Shown here in pieces: positions 40,291 through 54,303 of a stretch of 64,000 nt of DNA. The stretch lies in assembly GCF_009914755.1 (NCBI RefSeq), contig NC_060928.1. One strand, given 5' to 3'. The stretch is from the human T2T-CHM13v2.0 reference genome, Homo sapiens. The notes beneath the pieces are model-generated. The model saw only the letters and a list, made by a program, of their open reading frames with translations, was not told where the DNA came from and ran no database searches. The translations under genes and the position numbers were made by a program. Each line of letters opens with the position of its first letter. Positions within the stretch are counted from its first letter, which is position 1.

Positions 40291-43200
40291 TGATAGTATC
40301 ACAGATTTAAATAAAGACCCAGTATTACTCAGTAGTAGTAACACACATAAAAAAATAAAAAGGGGAATCGATTTATTTCTCTCCAAAAAGTGGTTCTTCA
40401 ATCATACCTGACTACCCCAGCTATGATGAATGAGCCCTATTCCCTGAAGTTGCAAATGCCTTTGTAAGTACAGGAAACCTAAAATTGTCTCAGTGAATCC
40501 CACCTTCCCTGGGGGTCTGTTAGTGACCAATTTGTCATGGAAGGTACAGTCTTCTATTTTTAAACTACAGATCAGCTCTCAGAAAAATCCCATAACGTGA
40601 AGGAATGAAGGCTTTGTTTGAAAACTGGAGAGGAAAACCCAAAGATCTATTGAGAGAATAAGGCACAAAATGACATGGGTTAGAGGTCATTTGCCTACTC
40701 AATGTGCATCCAGGTTCTTGAGCGTTCTCTTGTCTGTGTGACTGATGATCTCCATGATATCCCCATTGCTGAAATGGATCTTTGTCTTACTCAACATTTA
40801 GAGGATAGATTCCTTTTTAAGGCTTCTTTCTCAAGTGAATTTGCTTCTAGAATGCATTGTCAGATTATTTTTTAATGTTTTAAAGTGTTATAGGAGGGTG
40901 GGCTTACAATACTTTTAAAAATAATAATGTTGATACCCAGCAGACCTGTGACCCACTTTAATCATCTTGGGGAAAGGTGAACTCCCCATGGCTCTTCCAT
41001 CTCAAATGAAAGCCCTGTGGGTAATAAGGGAGTGAGTGGGAGATGCAAAAGCATTGCTGATTTCTGCAGTCAGTTCCTGTCATCCTTTCTTCAGCTAGAT
41101 ATTTTTAGCCTAAGAGGGAAAGCCAGGAGTCCTGATTTCTTGTCCCTTTTCCATTTCTGGTCACCATGGTCTGAGAAAATTGCTGCCCCCCTGGATTAGT
41201 CCTTTTCTCTCAGAAATGGAAATAATGATATCATGTTTTTGCCACTTAATCCCAGTGATAATGCTAGGGTTAATGGGAATGTTTGGAAAGGGGAGAAAAA
41301 AGCCTTTGAGCTGGGATGAAAGGTGCTGGGTAAGTACAGTATTTTATTATAAACAGTAATAATAGGTCTTATGTTCCTGATGTCTGGGGAACAAACCATT
41401 CCCCTTTTGGCCTTCATTAAGACTTGGACCCAAAGGTGCTAATTCGTACAAAATATATGTACTGAATGGCACCTAGAGCCTAAAGGAGTTAATTCATCTC
41501 CAAAAGGTGACGAATTTCCCCTCTGCCTTTCCCACACTAGGCTGCTGTCCATTGTTACTAGTGTAGGATAACTGCACCCTTCTCACAGGGCTAGTGGGCC
41601 CCATTTGCTTCCTCCAATTTATTTAATAGACGACAAAGGATCCAGAAGTGCTATTGGAATAATTACCTTTGATTTTAATATTTCCTCTTGACTCATTTGT
41701 GGAGGAAGTCCCAAACTAATAATGATTACCTGAGACAGTTTATAATTGCTATCTATAAGTAAGTGTTATTTCCTATATCATTGTCAACATATATATTTTT
41801 TTCACAATGCACAGAATAAGTCTATTCTCCTTAGGTTCCATTCTTTAAAAAAAATCTTCTTTCTTCTTAGACCCTCTCCAATACCTTTTGCATTTTGATT
41901 GATGTAGCATGCTCCCTACTCCCTTCACTGAACCAAACCTTCCCGCAGTTTAGCATAGAAGTCCCAAGATCCGGACTAAGTCATCTAGATCCTGGCCTCT
42001 CCCTACCAATCTGTTTTAACCAGGACAATGCCATAAGCAAATAGGCACTTAAAGTGTGATGATGATTATCATAAAAATAATTACAATTTTAACCTAACAG
42101 TGTTACTGAACTTGTGACAATCATCCTCTTGGTATCCATCCTTCTTCCTGTCTTTCACCATAAACACCAATATCAATGTTAAGTAGAAGTTAGAGAATCC
42201 TGAGGCACAGTTAGTAAACTTTACTAACAAATATATCTCAGAGGTCACACATTTATTTTAGCATATTGTGACTGATATATGGGCTAAAGAGCAAGACCAG
42301 CCTATATGTTGTCATGCTGAAAAACCCCGTAATAAATGGGAGTGTGGTGTTTACAACACAGCTTATGGTTTATGAAGCCCAGGCAGCTGGAATCACTTCA
42401 TCCATCATTTATCCAAATTTTTTATCATACAGAGACGGTAGCTGATCCCAGAAAGGTAAAGTGGCTTTGTTAAAGATCTCTTTTACCCAGTCAAGGCTAT
42501 CTCCAATAATAAAGGTGAGGTATGGAAAAGGAAAATACCTGACTTAAAGATAACGCCAGTCAATTAAGAAGATTTCTAGAGATCTAACAGGAAAACCACC
42601 TTAGGGTAACACCAATTTTATCCAAATCAAATTGATATATTACTCCAAACCACAGTATCAGCCCTTGTCTAATATTGAAATGAACTGTATTTTTCTTTAA
42701 AGAAACTAATCTTCCAGAGAGTTAATTAACCATGTAGGTAAATAAGATAGAAAGGAAGGAGAAAGGCTAGAGAGGATGAGTTGAAGATGTGTATCCATGT
42801 GTATGTTTGTTAGCTTCACTCTACAGCAATCCTGCACTCCTGATAGCAGTAAGAAAAATTCTCACAGATCAATTTGATAACAAGGAATTCCCAAACTCTC
42901 CCTAAAGTATTAATCTTGAGTTCCTGAGAGGCAGAGCTTGTCACAGAGGCTTGCAGGGGATCTTAATGACCTGGCAAGAGAGTACCTGTTATGGGATGAT
43001 AACTAGACAGAGAAATGCCTCCAGGTCATTGATAGCAGGAAGTGCAGTGGAGACTCGACTCCTACACCTTATATATATAACAAGGTTAAGCTGAGACTCA
43101 TCCAACACATGATCTCTATTTCTCCTCATCCACCCACCCCCCACCTTAAACAAATGCAAAAGGAAAGAAATGTGAACAGTTCTTTAAAAAAAAAAAAACA

Positions 43201-45534
43201 CTCTTGGCAGGAAACTTTTCAACAATAACTTTACCATTGCAAAAAGCAAGGAATTACATATTCTTTTTGACTGAAGCATGAGGTTTCAAAGAATACTTAT
43301 GAGAGTTGATCAAGAATCCATTTAATATGCATGACTGAACAATTAGATAAATATTTTAGCTGCATTTATTTTTTTTCTTTCTGTCCTTCATTTATTGTAA
43401 CTATGTGTTACATTCTAAAGACTGTCCTTTTGTGCTTACAGTCTGTCAGTGGATTTTTTTTTGGAGGGAATGATCTTTCAGGAACTCTGAAATAAGCATT
43501 GAGGTATTGCAGTCAACGGTGACTGGCTGCAACTTTAACAAGGAATTTTAACCAAGAAGTGGACATCTGAGCCTACTGACTTAACTTACATTTAAGAGGA
43601 GAAAAAAAAATTTTAAGTTTCTTTTTTTCTGCATTATATCCATATAATTTCTGTGTGCTTCTCTACCATTGGGTATTTAGTCCATATTACTTTTCTATGA
43701 AATCAGATATGTTACCAGCTTTATTCCTTAGTGTATGCAGGGAAATTAAGATAAGCAAAGCATGTCTTCAGTCTTAAAAAAAAATCTATAAATTAAAAGC
43801 GATGCACCAAATTGGGCCATATACTTTAGGGCAGTAGCTTAAAACATGGTCTGCATCCCAGATACTGGGACAGTATTTATAATTTAACCCATGAAATGAT
43901 ATGATGTGGGCTGTAGCTGTTTCACTGATGCATGCATCACATATATTATTGATTAATTGACAAGACATTTCTATTTGAAGGTCCAATATATTCTAAATTG
44001 TGCTTTTTTATAGAAATTATCTCTAGAAGGACCAATTCTTCTGGTCAAACTTGTACTTTTTGAAATAAGTTCATGATATACAACCAAACTCATATGCTGA
44101 TTTTGATCAAAATCACAATATTATTACAGGACCAAAATCATACAGAACTTTAAAAACTGAGTTAAAAGGCTGTAGATTTTTCCAAGCAGAAGATAATGGT
44201 GCCCAGATAAGACAGAAGTCATCAAGCTATCCTTTAAATAAACAAAAACATTAGTCTGAGTTTTGATGTTAACACAATTGCATACTCTTCACATAAAATC
44301 ATTGGTGACTAAATGTATATACAGTATTTCATTTCTCTTAAAACTTTTTTATTGCATTAAGCATTTCCATTCATGCAGACAACCCAGAGAGGTGTTTGAC
44401 ATTCTACTCCAGGCAGAAAGTGACTAGATTCAGGGCAAGAGCACTTTCCAAAGGAGAATTTTCTACCTAATCATCTTGCACTTCACTTACTCTTTCCAGA
44501 ATTTGATTTTACGAATGTGACTGATCTAAAACTTTATACTGATACCAATAGCTTTATTATTTAACAATTCTTGGACAACTAGCTTTTTAATTTATACATT
44601 TTCTGGCAGAGACCTGAAACCAGATTATTTAATAATAAAATATAAGCTTTGAAACCCCTCCAAATCCTTTACTTTTAGGTATAAGACCAACAATAAAAAA
44701 TGTCTAGCTAAATATTGTATGAATGAAGGGATGATCTCTTTCACCGTACTGAGTTTCAATCCCCATTTGAATCCTCAGCCTTAGGCAAGTTCACCTTTGT
44801 AGATGAATGAATGTCTCGAAAAAAAGAAAATAATAGGGTTGTTCTTCATGAAAGATAAAGCCTGTTTCTACCCCATACTCTCTTTGTAGATTCCCTTAGG
44901 AAGAAATCTAGTGAAAGCTAAACTGGAAAGAATGTAATCAGTTTGCCAAAAGAATGTGATTAGCTTGCCAACTAGATGTGGATGGAGATACTATGTTCCA
45001 GCTGCGTTAATATGATTTTAGTTTCTGGAGTCCTTCTGAGTGTCCCCAAGCTCTTCAAGAAGGTCGTGGAAGATTTTACAAGTACAGAAGGATACACCCA
45101 CTAACTGGTGCTGGGGATGGCCAAATGATGGATAAGAGTCATTGTTTATCCAACTGTAACATGGTGGGATATACGAGAACTGAGGTGTTTTGCCACCATC
45201 TTATTTCCAAACACAAGTCTAATCTGGGAAAACCTATAAGCAAATGACTGCATTTAGCTAGTATATGAATAGTTATGGCTAATCATTTAAATTCAGAACC
45301 ATATTCACATATTTATGGAAATGGAAGTTAATGAAAAGTGGGCAAAATTCTTGCAAATGTCCACCTAAGAGATTATAACCCATATAGGATTGTTATGACA
45401 ATGAAATACTATATTCATACACTCAAAAATTTCTCAGGTACCTACCAGAAGAGATTAAATCTTTGGCTAACAGACCCAGTGCTTGCTCTCCTCATTTAGA
45501 CTCTTGAAACTAAACTTCTATGCTGCTCATGAAT

Positions 45535-45720
45535 TGCAAAGCATGTCAGCTCTGGTCAGTGTTGCCTAGTTTCAAACCCTGCCTCTGCCTGTACTATCAG
45601 TACATCCTTGAGCAAGCGCATTAGTTTCACTAATAACAGTACCTACCTCAAAGGATTATGAGTTAATATATGTAACGTACATTTAAAAAGCCTCTGGCAT
45701 ATACACATTAATTAATATTA
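45535..45720 (+). mobile_element. MIR
   Basis: GCCTAGTTTCAAACCCTGCCTCTGCC...CCTTGAGCAAG...TAATAACAGTACCTACCTCA. Confidence 0.65.
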
Positions 45721-45844
45721 TTTATTACTATTAATATTAAGTTGGATACACATTAGTTAGTATTATCCTAACTTTCATCAGTCAACACAAAAAGTATATT
45801 TCCATTCCCCTCCCCCAAATAAAACAATTGTGTCCTCTAATCCC

Positions 45845-45998
45845 TTGAGCAAGTTATGGCCTGGGACCAACAGCACTAGCATCACCTAGGAGCTTGTTGG
45901 AAATGCAGGACCTCAGTCCTCAGCCCAGACTCACTGAATAACAATCTGCATTTTAATAGGCTCATTTGGATACAGATTATAATTTGAGAAGCAACTGC
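45845..45998 (+). mobile_element. MER5A
   Basis: GGACCAACAGCACTAGCATCACCTAGGAGCTTGTTGGAAATGCAG...CCCAGACTCACTGAATAACAATCTGCATTTTAA...TTTGAGAAGCAACTG. Confidence 0.8.
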
Positions 45999-46299
45999 TC
46001 CAACATACCCTCAGTGCATAATATCTGTACGTTCTTCCCCAGAGCTTCCCTCCCCCAAACTTTCCTGTTGTGTCCTCTAGAATTATTGTTTCAAAATCAA
46101 CAAACTGTCTACAATCTTCTCTAAGTGTTTCCCCAAACTCCTTACCATACCTGCTCTCCCCTGAAGGTATAAATTTCTGTGTAAACTTCTGCAGTAATGA
46201 CTGCTTGTTTTTACATACCCAAGGACATCAGAGTAAGGAAGTGAAGTTGCTGTCTTCCTTCTTCTCTGCTGCTGTCCTTCTTTCTGGTAAGATACTCTG

Positions 46300-47255
46300 T
46301 TCTATTGGGAGCCATGGCATTTGAAGCTACAACTTTCTCCTGCTCCTTGTCCCTCTAGGCTTCAAATCTTTCATCCACCCCCTTCCATCCATCAGACTTT
46401 GCCACTTTTTCTCTCCAAGCCATTGTCATCTCTCTGGGGAACCACAACAACCACATGGTCAGTCTAAAAACTTAGTGTCTCAGTTTCCTAACCATCTTGC
46501 TTACAGTAACTTTCTCCAAAGCCTCACATTACCTCATATTTCCTGGGTTACACCTTGAACCTTATCATCATCTGGAAGGGTTCCTGTTTCAAAAGCACCA
46601 GTTTAAGCACCCCACTCTCTGGCTATAACCTCTCTTCTAGTTTGCTTGAGATGGCCATTTGAGCTATCCACAACTTCATTGCCCATTCTACTTTGTTCCA
46701 ATCTGTCGGCCCTTTTTACTTTTTAACTCCCTTCACATCTCTCCTTATCGAATTTAGATTCTATGGTCTGTCATATTTCAGTAACATTTTTAGCAATTCC
46801 ATAATTATGCATTACCAATATACAAATATCTCCACAATTATCCTCCTTCTTCCTTCCTGTGACAGTGACAGAACTGACTTTGGGATTGCATAAAGCCAAT
46901 CCCTCCATTATGCTTTGAATGCTGTGCCCATCCACCTTATCAGCAATCTCAAGAACTATTGATGATATCTTTTCTCTCTTTAGTGCTCAATCCCCGCCTT
47001 CCTGCCTCCATCAAACGGATCCTTGCCATTGACTTCTAAGCATGTTCAATTTTTCCCATCAAAAGGTAAACAGAATTTTCCTCATCTGCATCTCCTTCTA
47101 GCCTCCTTGGTAGATAACTTCCTCTTTCTTGTACAAAAACGTTCTGTTTGAAAGTCTTTTCTTCCTAAAACACTCTTTTTTTCTTGGCTCTACTGATGCT
47201 CACTCCTTTGTCTTTTGTTCTATCCTCTCTCTGGCTGTTCCTTCTCCATATTCTT
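46300..47255 (+). mobile_element. L2 internal (ORF2-derived) fragments
   Basis: Pyrimidine-rich L2 motifs: CACCTTGAACCTTATCATCA, CCCACTCTCTGGCTATAACCTC, AAAGCCAATCCCTCCA...GCTTTGAAT, CTTCCTAAAACACTC, TCCTCTCTCTGGCTGTTCCTTCTC. Confidence 0.6.
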
Positions 47256-47295
47256 TATACAAAGCTTGGTGACAAATATTTATTACTGTTAATAA

Positions 47296-47458
47296 TTTTT
47301 TTTATTTTTTGAGACAGTGTCTCACTCTGTCACCCAGGCTGGAGTGCAGTAGTGTGATTATAGCTCACTGCAGCCTCAAACTCCTGGGCGCCAATGATCC
47401 TCCCACCTCAGCCTCCTGAGTAGCTGGGACTACAGACATGTGCCACCATGCCTGGCTT
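47296..47458 (-). mobile_element. Alu right monomer (FRAM/AluJ-like)
   Basis: TTTTGAGACAGTGTCTCACTCTGTCACCCAGGCTGGAGTGCAGT...CTCACTGCAGCCTCAAACTCCTGGG...GATCCTCCCACCTCAGCC...CCATGCCTGGC. Confidence 0.9.
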
Positions 47459-48702
47459 ATTAAGAACATTTTTAGAGCCAAAAGAGATTGTAAACATACA
47501 ATATCTTCTATGTTTATATTTGTTTTAATATTAGCTATATACTTAAATATAAATAATATCATGTAAGTTGTTTTATTATAATCATTTTCCATTCATATTA
47601 CATGATAATCTTCTATATACCTTATCAAATCTATAAATTATCCCCTGAGAAACCCAAATTTAGCATGCCTCTTTTATCACCTTGTAATATAAGTTTACAT
47701 TTGTGTGTTTGGCCCATAGACATACTGATTAGTCAAAGATTTAACAACTGAAACAAATTTCCTAAATACATATAAGGCCACAATGATGCTATAGAGAGAC
47801 CAACATACAATATGTGAATAACCTTTCATTTACCTATACTACCTATATATGCTCTCATTTAAGTTAACATTGATCATTATGATAACTGCAGATGACAGGG
47901 AACTGGGGTTTGTACATTTAGGATGAGATCACATGAAAAATAACAATGAGGAGGTACTTTTGAACTTTCAGTAGGAAACAATAATTTCTTAGAAAATTAG
48001 CTCTGAAAAGCCCCCCAAAATGCGGGTTCTCTAAGTCATAGAGCCCTTTTTCCACAATACTGTCTTTAACTAGTATTCTCCCAGGGACAAATTGAAAATA
48101 CAGGTAGTTTTATGTCCCTTCAAATAACCAAAAGAAAAAATGTAAATAATGAGAACTGAGTTTCTTATTTCAGTATGTTCAGTTTACACACTTTGAAATT
48201 AATTTCCCGTAAGTACCAAGATGGTAACTAGAATTATATTTTCATCTTAGTAACATTACTTTAAAAAGCTGAAACATTATTGTCAAATCATCTCTTAAGT
48301 ATTCATCAATTACAAGGATTTTCTGCATTCCAAGTTGCATTACCTCAGTGGTGAGATACATTCTTATTTTCCGTAATAGAAGGGAAAGAAGACCTAGATT
48401 TGAATTATTCCCTTACCACCTATGGCTTGGCATTGGGCACAGCACTCTTCAGTAAAGCTTCTGTTTCATCACTTAGAAAATTAGAACAACAGTGTTTTTC
48501 TCACACAGCAACCATAAATGTTACACTGAATATTGTAGCAGAAATGAGGCATAGACTCAAATACCTACAATATAGGGCATAATATTAAATGATCATTAAA
48601 AGATGAAATATGGGTGGCAGGAAGCGCCAGACAAGGAAAGACCAGAGGTCTAGAAAACTTGGTTATAAGGATAATCTAGTGTGAACTATAAAAAGCTGTG
48701 CA

Positions 48703-49180
48703 CTATTCACAATAGCAAAGACATGGAATCAATCTAGGTGCCCATCAACAGTAGACTGGATAATGAAAATGTGGTACATAGACACCAAGGAATACTATGC
48801 AGCCATAAAAAATGAAATCATGTCCTCGGCAGCAACAGAGGCAATTATGCAGATGCAGCTGGAGGCACTTATCCTAAGTGAACTAATGCAGGAAACCAAA
48901 TGCTGCATGTTCTCACTTATAAGTAGGAGCTAAACACTGGGCATTCACAGACATAAAGATGGCAACAATAGAAATTGGGGACAACTACAGGAGGGAGGGA
49001 GGGAAAGAGGAAGAGAGACAAGCCTTGAGTAACTACTGGGTACTAAGCTCAGTACCTGGGTGATGGGATCATTTGTACCCTAAACCTCATTATCACGCAA
49101 TATAGTCAGGTAATAGACCTGCACATGTACTCTTGAATCTAAAATAAAAGTTGAAGAAGTAAAAATAATAAAATAAATAA
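48703..49180 (+). mobile_element. 5'-truncated L1PA15/16-like 3' end with TSD
   Basis: CTATTCACAATAGCAAAGACATGGAATCAA...TACCTGGGTGATGGGATCATTTGTACC...AATCTAAAATAAAAGTTGAA. TSD ATAAAA(A/T)GCTGTGCA at 48688-48702 and 49181-49195. Confidence 0.9.
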
Positions 49181-51554
49181 ATAAAATGCTGTGCATTCCA
49201 GCAGGTGCAGTGATTGGGAGAGGGAGTGGGAAGGGGCAGGCAGTTGAGAAATATAATGGAAATCTTGGGCAGGATTCCATGGGGCTGACATTAGAAATGC
49301 AATGTGAGGACCCACAAGGCTATTCAGGAAGGGACCTGAGTATGGGGAACTGGGTTCTTGAAAAGCAATGCAAGATCTGACGAGAGATGTCACATTTTTC
49401 TGAGACAAGAGAAAAGACAATATTCTCCACAAGATGATCAAGCTCAGCATAGAAGAGCACAGGATTTGGAGTCTGACAGCCTTCATGAGGAGAAAGAACA
49501 GCTTATATAATACACCTAAATAAAAATTAAATATTAACACTAAAGTATGCAGTGATGACTATAAGGGCAAAAAGTATTCCAGAAGACAATAGTCTACCAC
49601 TGGGTGCTAGAAAGGTGGAAGAAGGCTTCCTGGAGGTTATGGGATCCAACTGGGAGCTTTCAAGTCTTAGATGGAAGGCAGGCATTGTGGTGTTCAGCGT
49701 TAACAACAAGTATAGAGACCAGAAACAAAACAACTGAGGGAACTATCTCTTAAATAGATAGGAAATGCAAGCAGACAGCACTCCATTTCCACCAGACACT
49801 TAATACCATCTCCTTCTGAAATGAAACAGAAATTAAACTATAGGTGGAGGTGGGGAGGAAACACGGGAAATAATTTGAAACCCATGACTTTGTTTGCACT
49901 TTTATTTTCTTAAGAAAAATATAAACTTGGGTATTAGCACGTCAAATTGGCTTTTCTCTCCACAGTTTACTGCTGATTATCTGTTTTCTCGTTGTACTAT
50001 TGTATTTTACGTAGAAGAAACTGTCTCCAGGTTATAATGTAAATCAGCGAGAAATTAGATTCAAGTTATAGTTAATATTCTTGCTACATTGCATGTAAAT
50101 TGACTAGGGAATTAATTTTCACAGATTCTCCATATCCTGGCTTTGACAGAAATTTATATGTTATATAAATATAAAGATCTCACACATTTTTCTCAGCTCG
50201 CCCATGGTACTTTTATAGAGTCAGAAACCTTTACTACTAATTTAGAGGATGCTTCTCACCCACCGCCAACCCCAATCCCAGATCTCCTTTCCTCACCAGA
50301 GCTTGCAGGTTGAGTTATGTCCGGACCTCTGGAGCACATCAGTCCTTAAAAATGACACTTTAGTTCACTTTTATTAGCAGTTCTGCTCCATCCTTGGACC
50401 CCAGTAAAAGTTTCTAGAACAAAGTTCTCATTTTATACAATCTCTCTGATGCCTACTGGTCTGCACTGCTCCTTGCCATGTGCAGCTCAGGAAATAATCC
50501 AGAATTCAGAGCCTCTCAAAACAGAACCCTATCTTGCCTTTGCCATCCCTGCCCCCAGGGTGTGTGCCAGTTCGAATCGGGTCAGTCCTGCTCCTTCAGA
50601 TTTGACCTTCCTAGAACCCACCATGTCATGGAAGCAACAGCTCCAGGTTTCTCACCCGTGTTCATTAGGAAGAATGAAACCACTGCCAAAGTACATGCTG
50701 ATCTTTTAGACAAAATGCAGTTTCCTCCAACCTCTCCTTTGTCACTGGCCTCACCTTTGTCTCCTTTGTCTTACTGTCTGCATCTTTTTTCACTAATTAG
50801 TTTGTTCAGTCCCATAGTTTAGTGGTTGAAACGATGTAGATCCTTTTGACTCTGTTAGCCTTTGTTGGAAGACTAAGGACCAAGAGAGAACTAACTCAGT
50901 CTCTTCATATATCTGGACCTATGATATATACACTTGTGAGCAATGGAGAACCCATAAACTGCTGGTCACATTCACAGCAGAGCAGAGAAAATACAATCTA
51001 CAAACTGAAAGAAGCAGCAGAGACAAGACAGAGAGTCCCAGACTGCCAACCAAACCTTGATGCCCACGACCTCCCCTTTCAGGGTACATTCCTTCCCCTT
51101 TCAGGTTAGAGAGCCCTGATCTCTGTGATAAATTTCCTTGAATTACTGTCTGTTCCAAAGTGCCACAACAAATACAAGTTACTTGTGACATACCTAAGGA
51201 GAAATGGGCAGTGGCCAGGCCATGTGAGTCTGAAGCTCTGGAAAGATACAGAAAGTTGGCATCACAGGGCTTCACACCATTTAAAAAATAAATGACAGTT
51301 GAACATGATTGCCTCTCCATGGGATGCTCTTTTATACCCTCCAACACCGCCCAAGTCACCAACTCAAAAGTTAGTCATTGTGTCAAATGTCAAATGCTGC
51401 CAGGTAGAGAGATTATGAGACATTAGCCTCTCCCTTCTCTAAATTCCAGTGCACTCCATTCAAGAAGGAAATTATATTCTGTATGCTGATTTTTCTAAAA
51501 CAACATGGGGTAGAATGGGGGGAACTAATTTAAGGGTTTATCTCAGCAGTTTAT

Positions 51555-51660
51555 TTGCTTATAAATAAGTATTTATAATTTTATTATAATATTTATTATA
51601 GATTAATAGAATTTTATAATATTTGTTGTAAATAAATATTTATAATATTTACTTATAGGG
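51555..51660. repeat. AT-rich low-complexity tract
   Basis: Repeated TTTATAATATTT-like units. Confidence 0.7.
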
Positions 51661-54303
51661 GTTTATTTAACCAGTTTTCTCATTCTTATAGGGTTTCTGG
51701 GAAGTCTTCTACAATCAGCTTAGTTCCTGATAGGCCTGCTATTCAGACAACTGCCACTTAAACAACTTCCCCTTTAGAAATCCCAGAAATTTTCTATTTC
51801 CCTTGTAAGTCACAGACTTACATCACCACCTAAAGTCCATGAGTCTTTTTGAGAGTCATTTGTTCAGAACACATGGCTTTAGCAAAACAGATGGTTTCAC
51901 TATGCGAATGGCCTGCACCTAAAAAAACAACATTGTCACAAAAATCCTGAAACTGGGACATCCACGTATCTCATAACATAACATAGAATTATTCCATGTT
52001 TAAATCACTTTGCTTCCATCTGGTTTTAATAAATGGCAATAATTGAGAAATGAAGGAAGGGAAGTAAGATGGGAAATGAAGTGGACATTCTAGTCACGTT
52101 CCCCTCTGGAGAAATATACCATCACCTCATTCTCATCCCCATAACAAAGAAAACATGTTCTCAATCCCTATTGCACTGAGAAGCAATAAATTGCAAAACT
52201 CTCATATTAGAACTTGAAAGCTTTGCTATCTTTATATTAACTTAAAAATAGTGACTATCATGTGAAAATAATTTTTCTTTATTTTATTTTATTATTATAC
52301 AAAGTCAAAAAATTGTCACTGCTATGGCCTGAGTGAAAGATTCTGAACTTTTCTATTTTATAAACTTGTTTTATTTTCTTAACATAAAAACTTATACTTT
52401 TCTTCTTTTAGTCTGTGGAAACAATTTTTAAAATGTCCATCTTGGTAAGAAAAGGCCTAAAACTACCTTTTATAAACTCAGTGGCAAGATATATAATAAC
52501 ATATTGTAAGTTTTTGCAGATTAATATCTTATTAATCATTTAATATGAATAACTATGCATCAAGAAATTATACAGCTTCTACCAAACTGGTGTCTGGAGA
52601 GACATGGTTAATTGTTAGAATTTGGTATTTTTTTCATTAATTGAGTAAAAAGAAATGCAGAACTAGACATCTCCAATGTAAATAATATAGTTCGCTAAGA
52701 AGATAAAAACAAAAATTTAGATAATGAAGAATTACGAGGTCTTTAATGTTTAAATATCTTTTTAAACTTTGAAAACACTTCAAAGTAAACCTAATGATTC
52801 TTAAGAATGGCCAAATAAATGTTTGCTGTTGTGAGCATGAGGCCTTAAAGCCCACACCATCAGCAAGAGAAATACTATAAACCTAAGTAAAGCTGATTCC
52901 CAGATCCAATGGATATTAAGCTAACACTCTGCCAAGAAAAACATTTCTCCTTCACTGCCCTGAGTAAGAGTCCTTCCTATGTCCATGGGAGGAAGTCATT
53001 TGCCAGATGTTGCTGTTTATTTTATAAGTCTCTCTTTGACTTGTGCTTATTTTCTCTTGACCTTCCCAGCTTCTCCCATATTGAGAAAAATCAAGAACTC
53101 TGCAAACCATGCTAAGGAAGTATCTAACTGTTCCAATCAATACATGTGTTCCTGTTTATGAACCCAGCCTAAATGCTGATGGAGACTGAATGATTAGGCT
53201 TTTGTCTTTCAGTGCTGTCTGGATATCTATCAACAAAACAGACGATTTTACAACTTAACATCATGAATGACATCTATGATGGAAACTTTCCCTTTTGTGT
53301 TAACACAAGACTGTTAATGATAAATCAAGATAAATTAAATAAAAGAAAGTCAAAAGAAAAGAAAAGATGGAGTTATTTTATAAAGATATTCAAAATCCCA
53401 AAAGATCACACAGTGGAATGTCAGAGGTTAGATTTCACCAAATAGGATTCAAAAAAGAATTTCTCTGCAATCTTGTTTTGCCTCTCCAGAGAGAAAACTC
53501 AGCAATAAGGCCTTGAATGTTCAATATCTATGTTACATACACTTTGCTAACCTTATGCTAAAAGCACATCCTGTTCATCTAGGCCACTACGTCATCAAAG
53601 ATATCATGTCTACCACACCTCCTTGCCTACTTGCCTAAAGCCAAGTAGGCTTTTGTGATGGGAGCTGCCTTTGCAGTTGTGTTCAGATTTAGCTTTCACA
53701 CTCTGCTATTCCCATTGTCTTGTTCCACTTGTTATCTTCTAGGTCCATTCCAAAAGTAGGAGCTAAAAAAACTGAGATGACAGCTAATGGGGCCAGGAAA
53801 ACAGAGAAAGCAGAGTTGAAGTCAGGTCAGCTAAGAATATTCTGCAAATGAGCTCAGCGAGCCTGAGTTTTTCAAGGGTCACACCAAAGAACTCAAAGGG
53901 CTTGGATTTAAATCGTCTCTAAGCATATCTGAGAAAATTTAGAACTTTAGTAAAAACATACATACAACCCCTAATATTGTCCCTGAAGTATATCCTAATA
54001 CCCAGAGAATGGCCCTGGGTGTATAGTTGCAGTTCAATAGTCAATGAATGAATGAATAGATAGATATACAGTAATTCCTGTATGAGAGACTGAGCAAAGA
54101 TATCCCCACAATATCTTTGTTAAGATATTCAACTATTAGGCTATTTTCCCCCTTTAATTTTTTGGCAAAACTTCTCACTTGGGATTAAGCAAAATTTGTC
54201 TCCATTAGACTGCAAATCTCCAGAATTCTTTGGATCCTATTCACCTGATTGACCAAGGGTGGAAAATATCTAATGCTATAATTTACATATTTTTAATCCA
54301 GTA

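Noticed and set aside
50449-51362. Group of 86-147 aa ORFs in non-repeat DNA
   Set aside because: No recognisable homology, several begin at non-ATG starts, no convincing flanking splice sites, and lengths are compatible with chance
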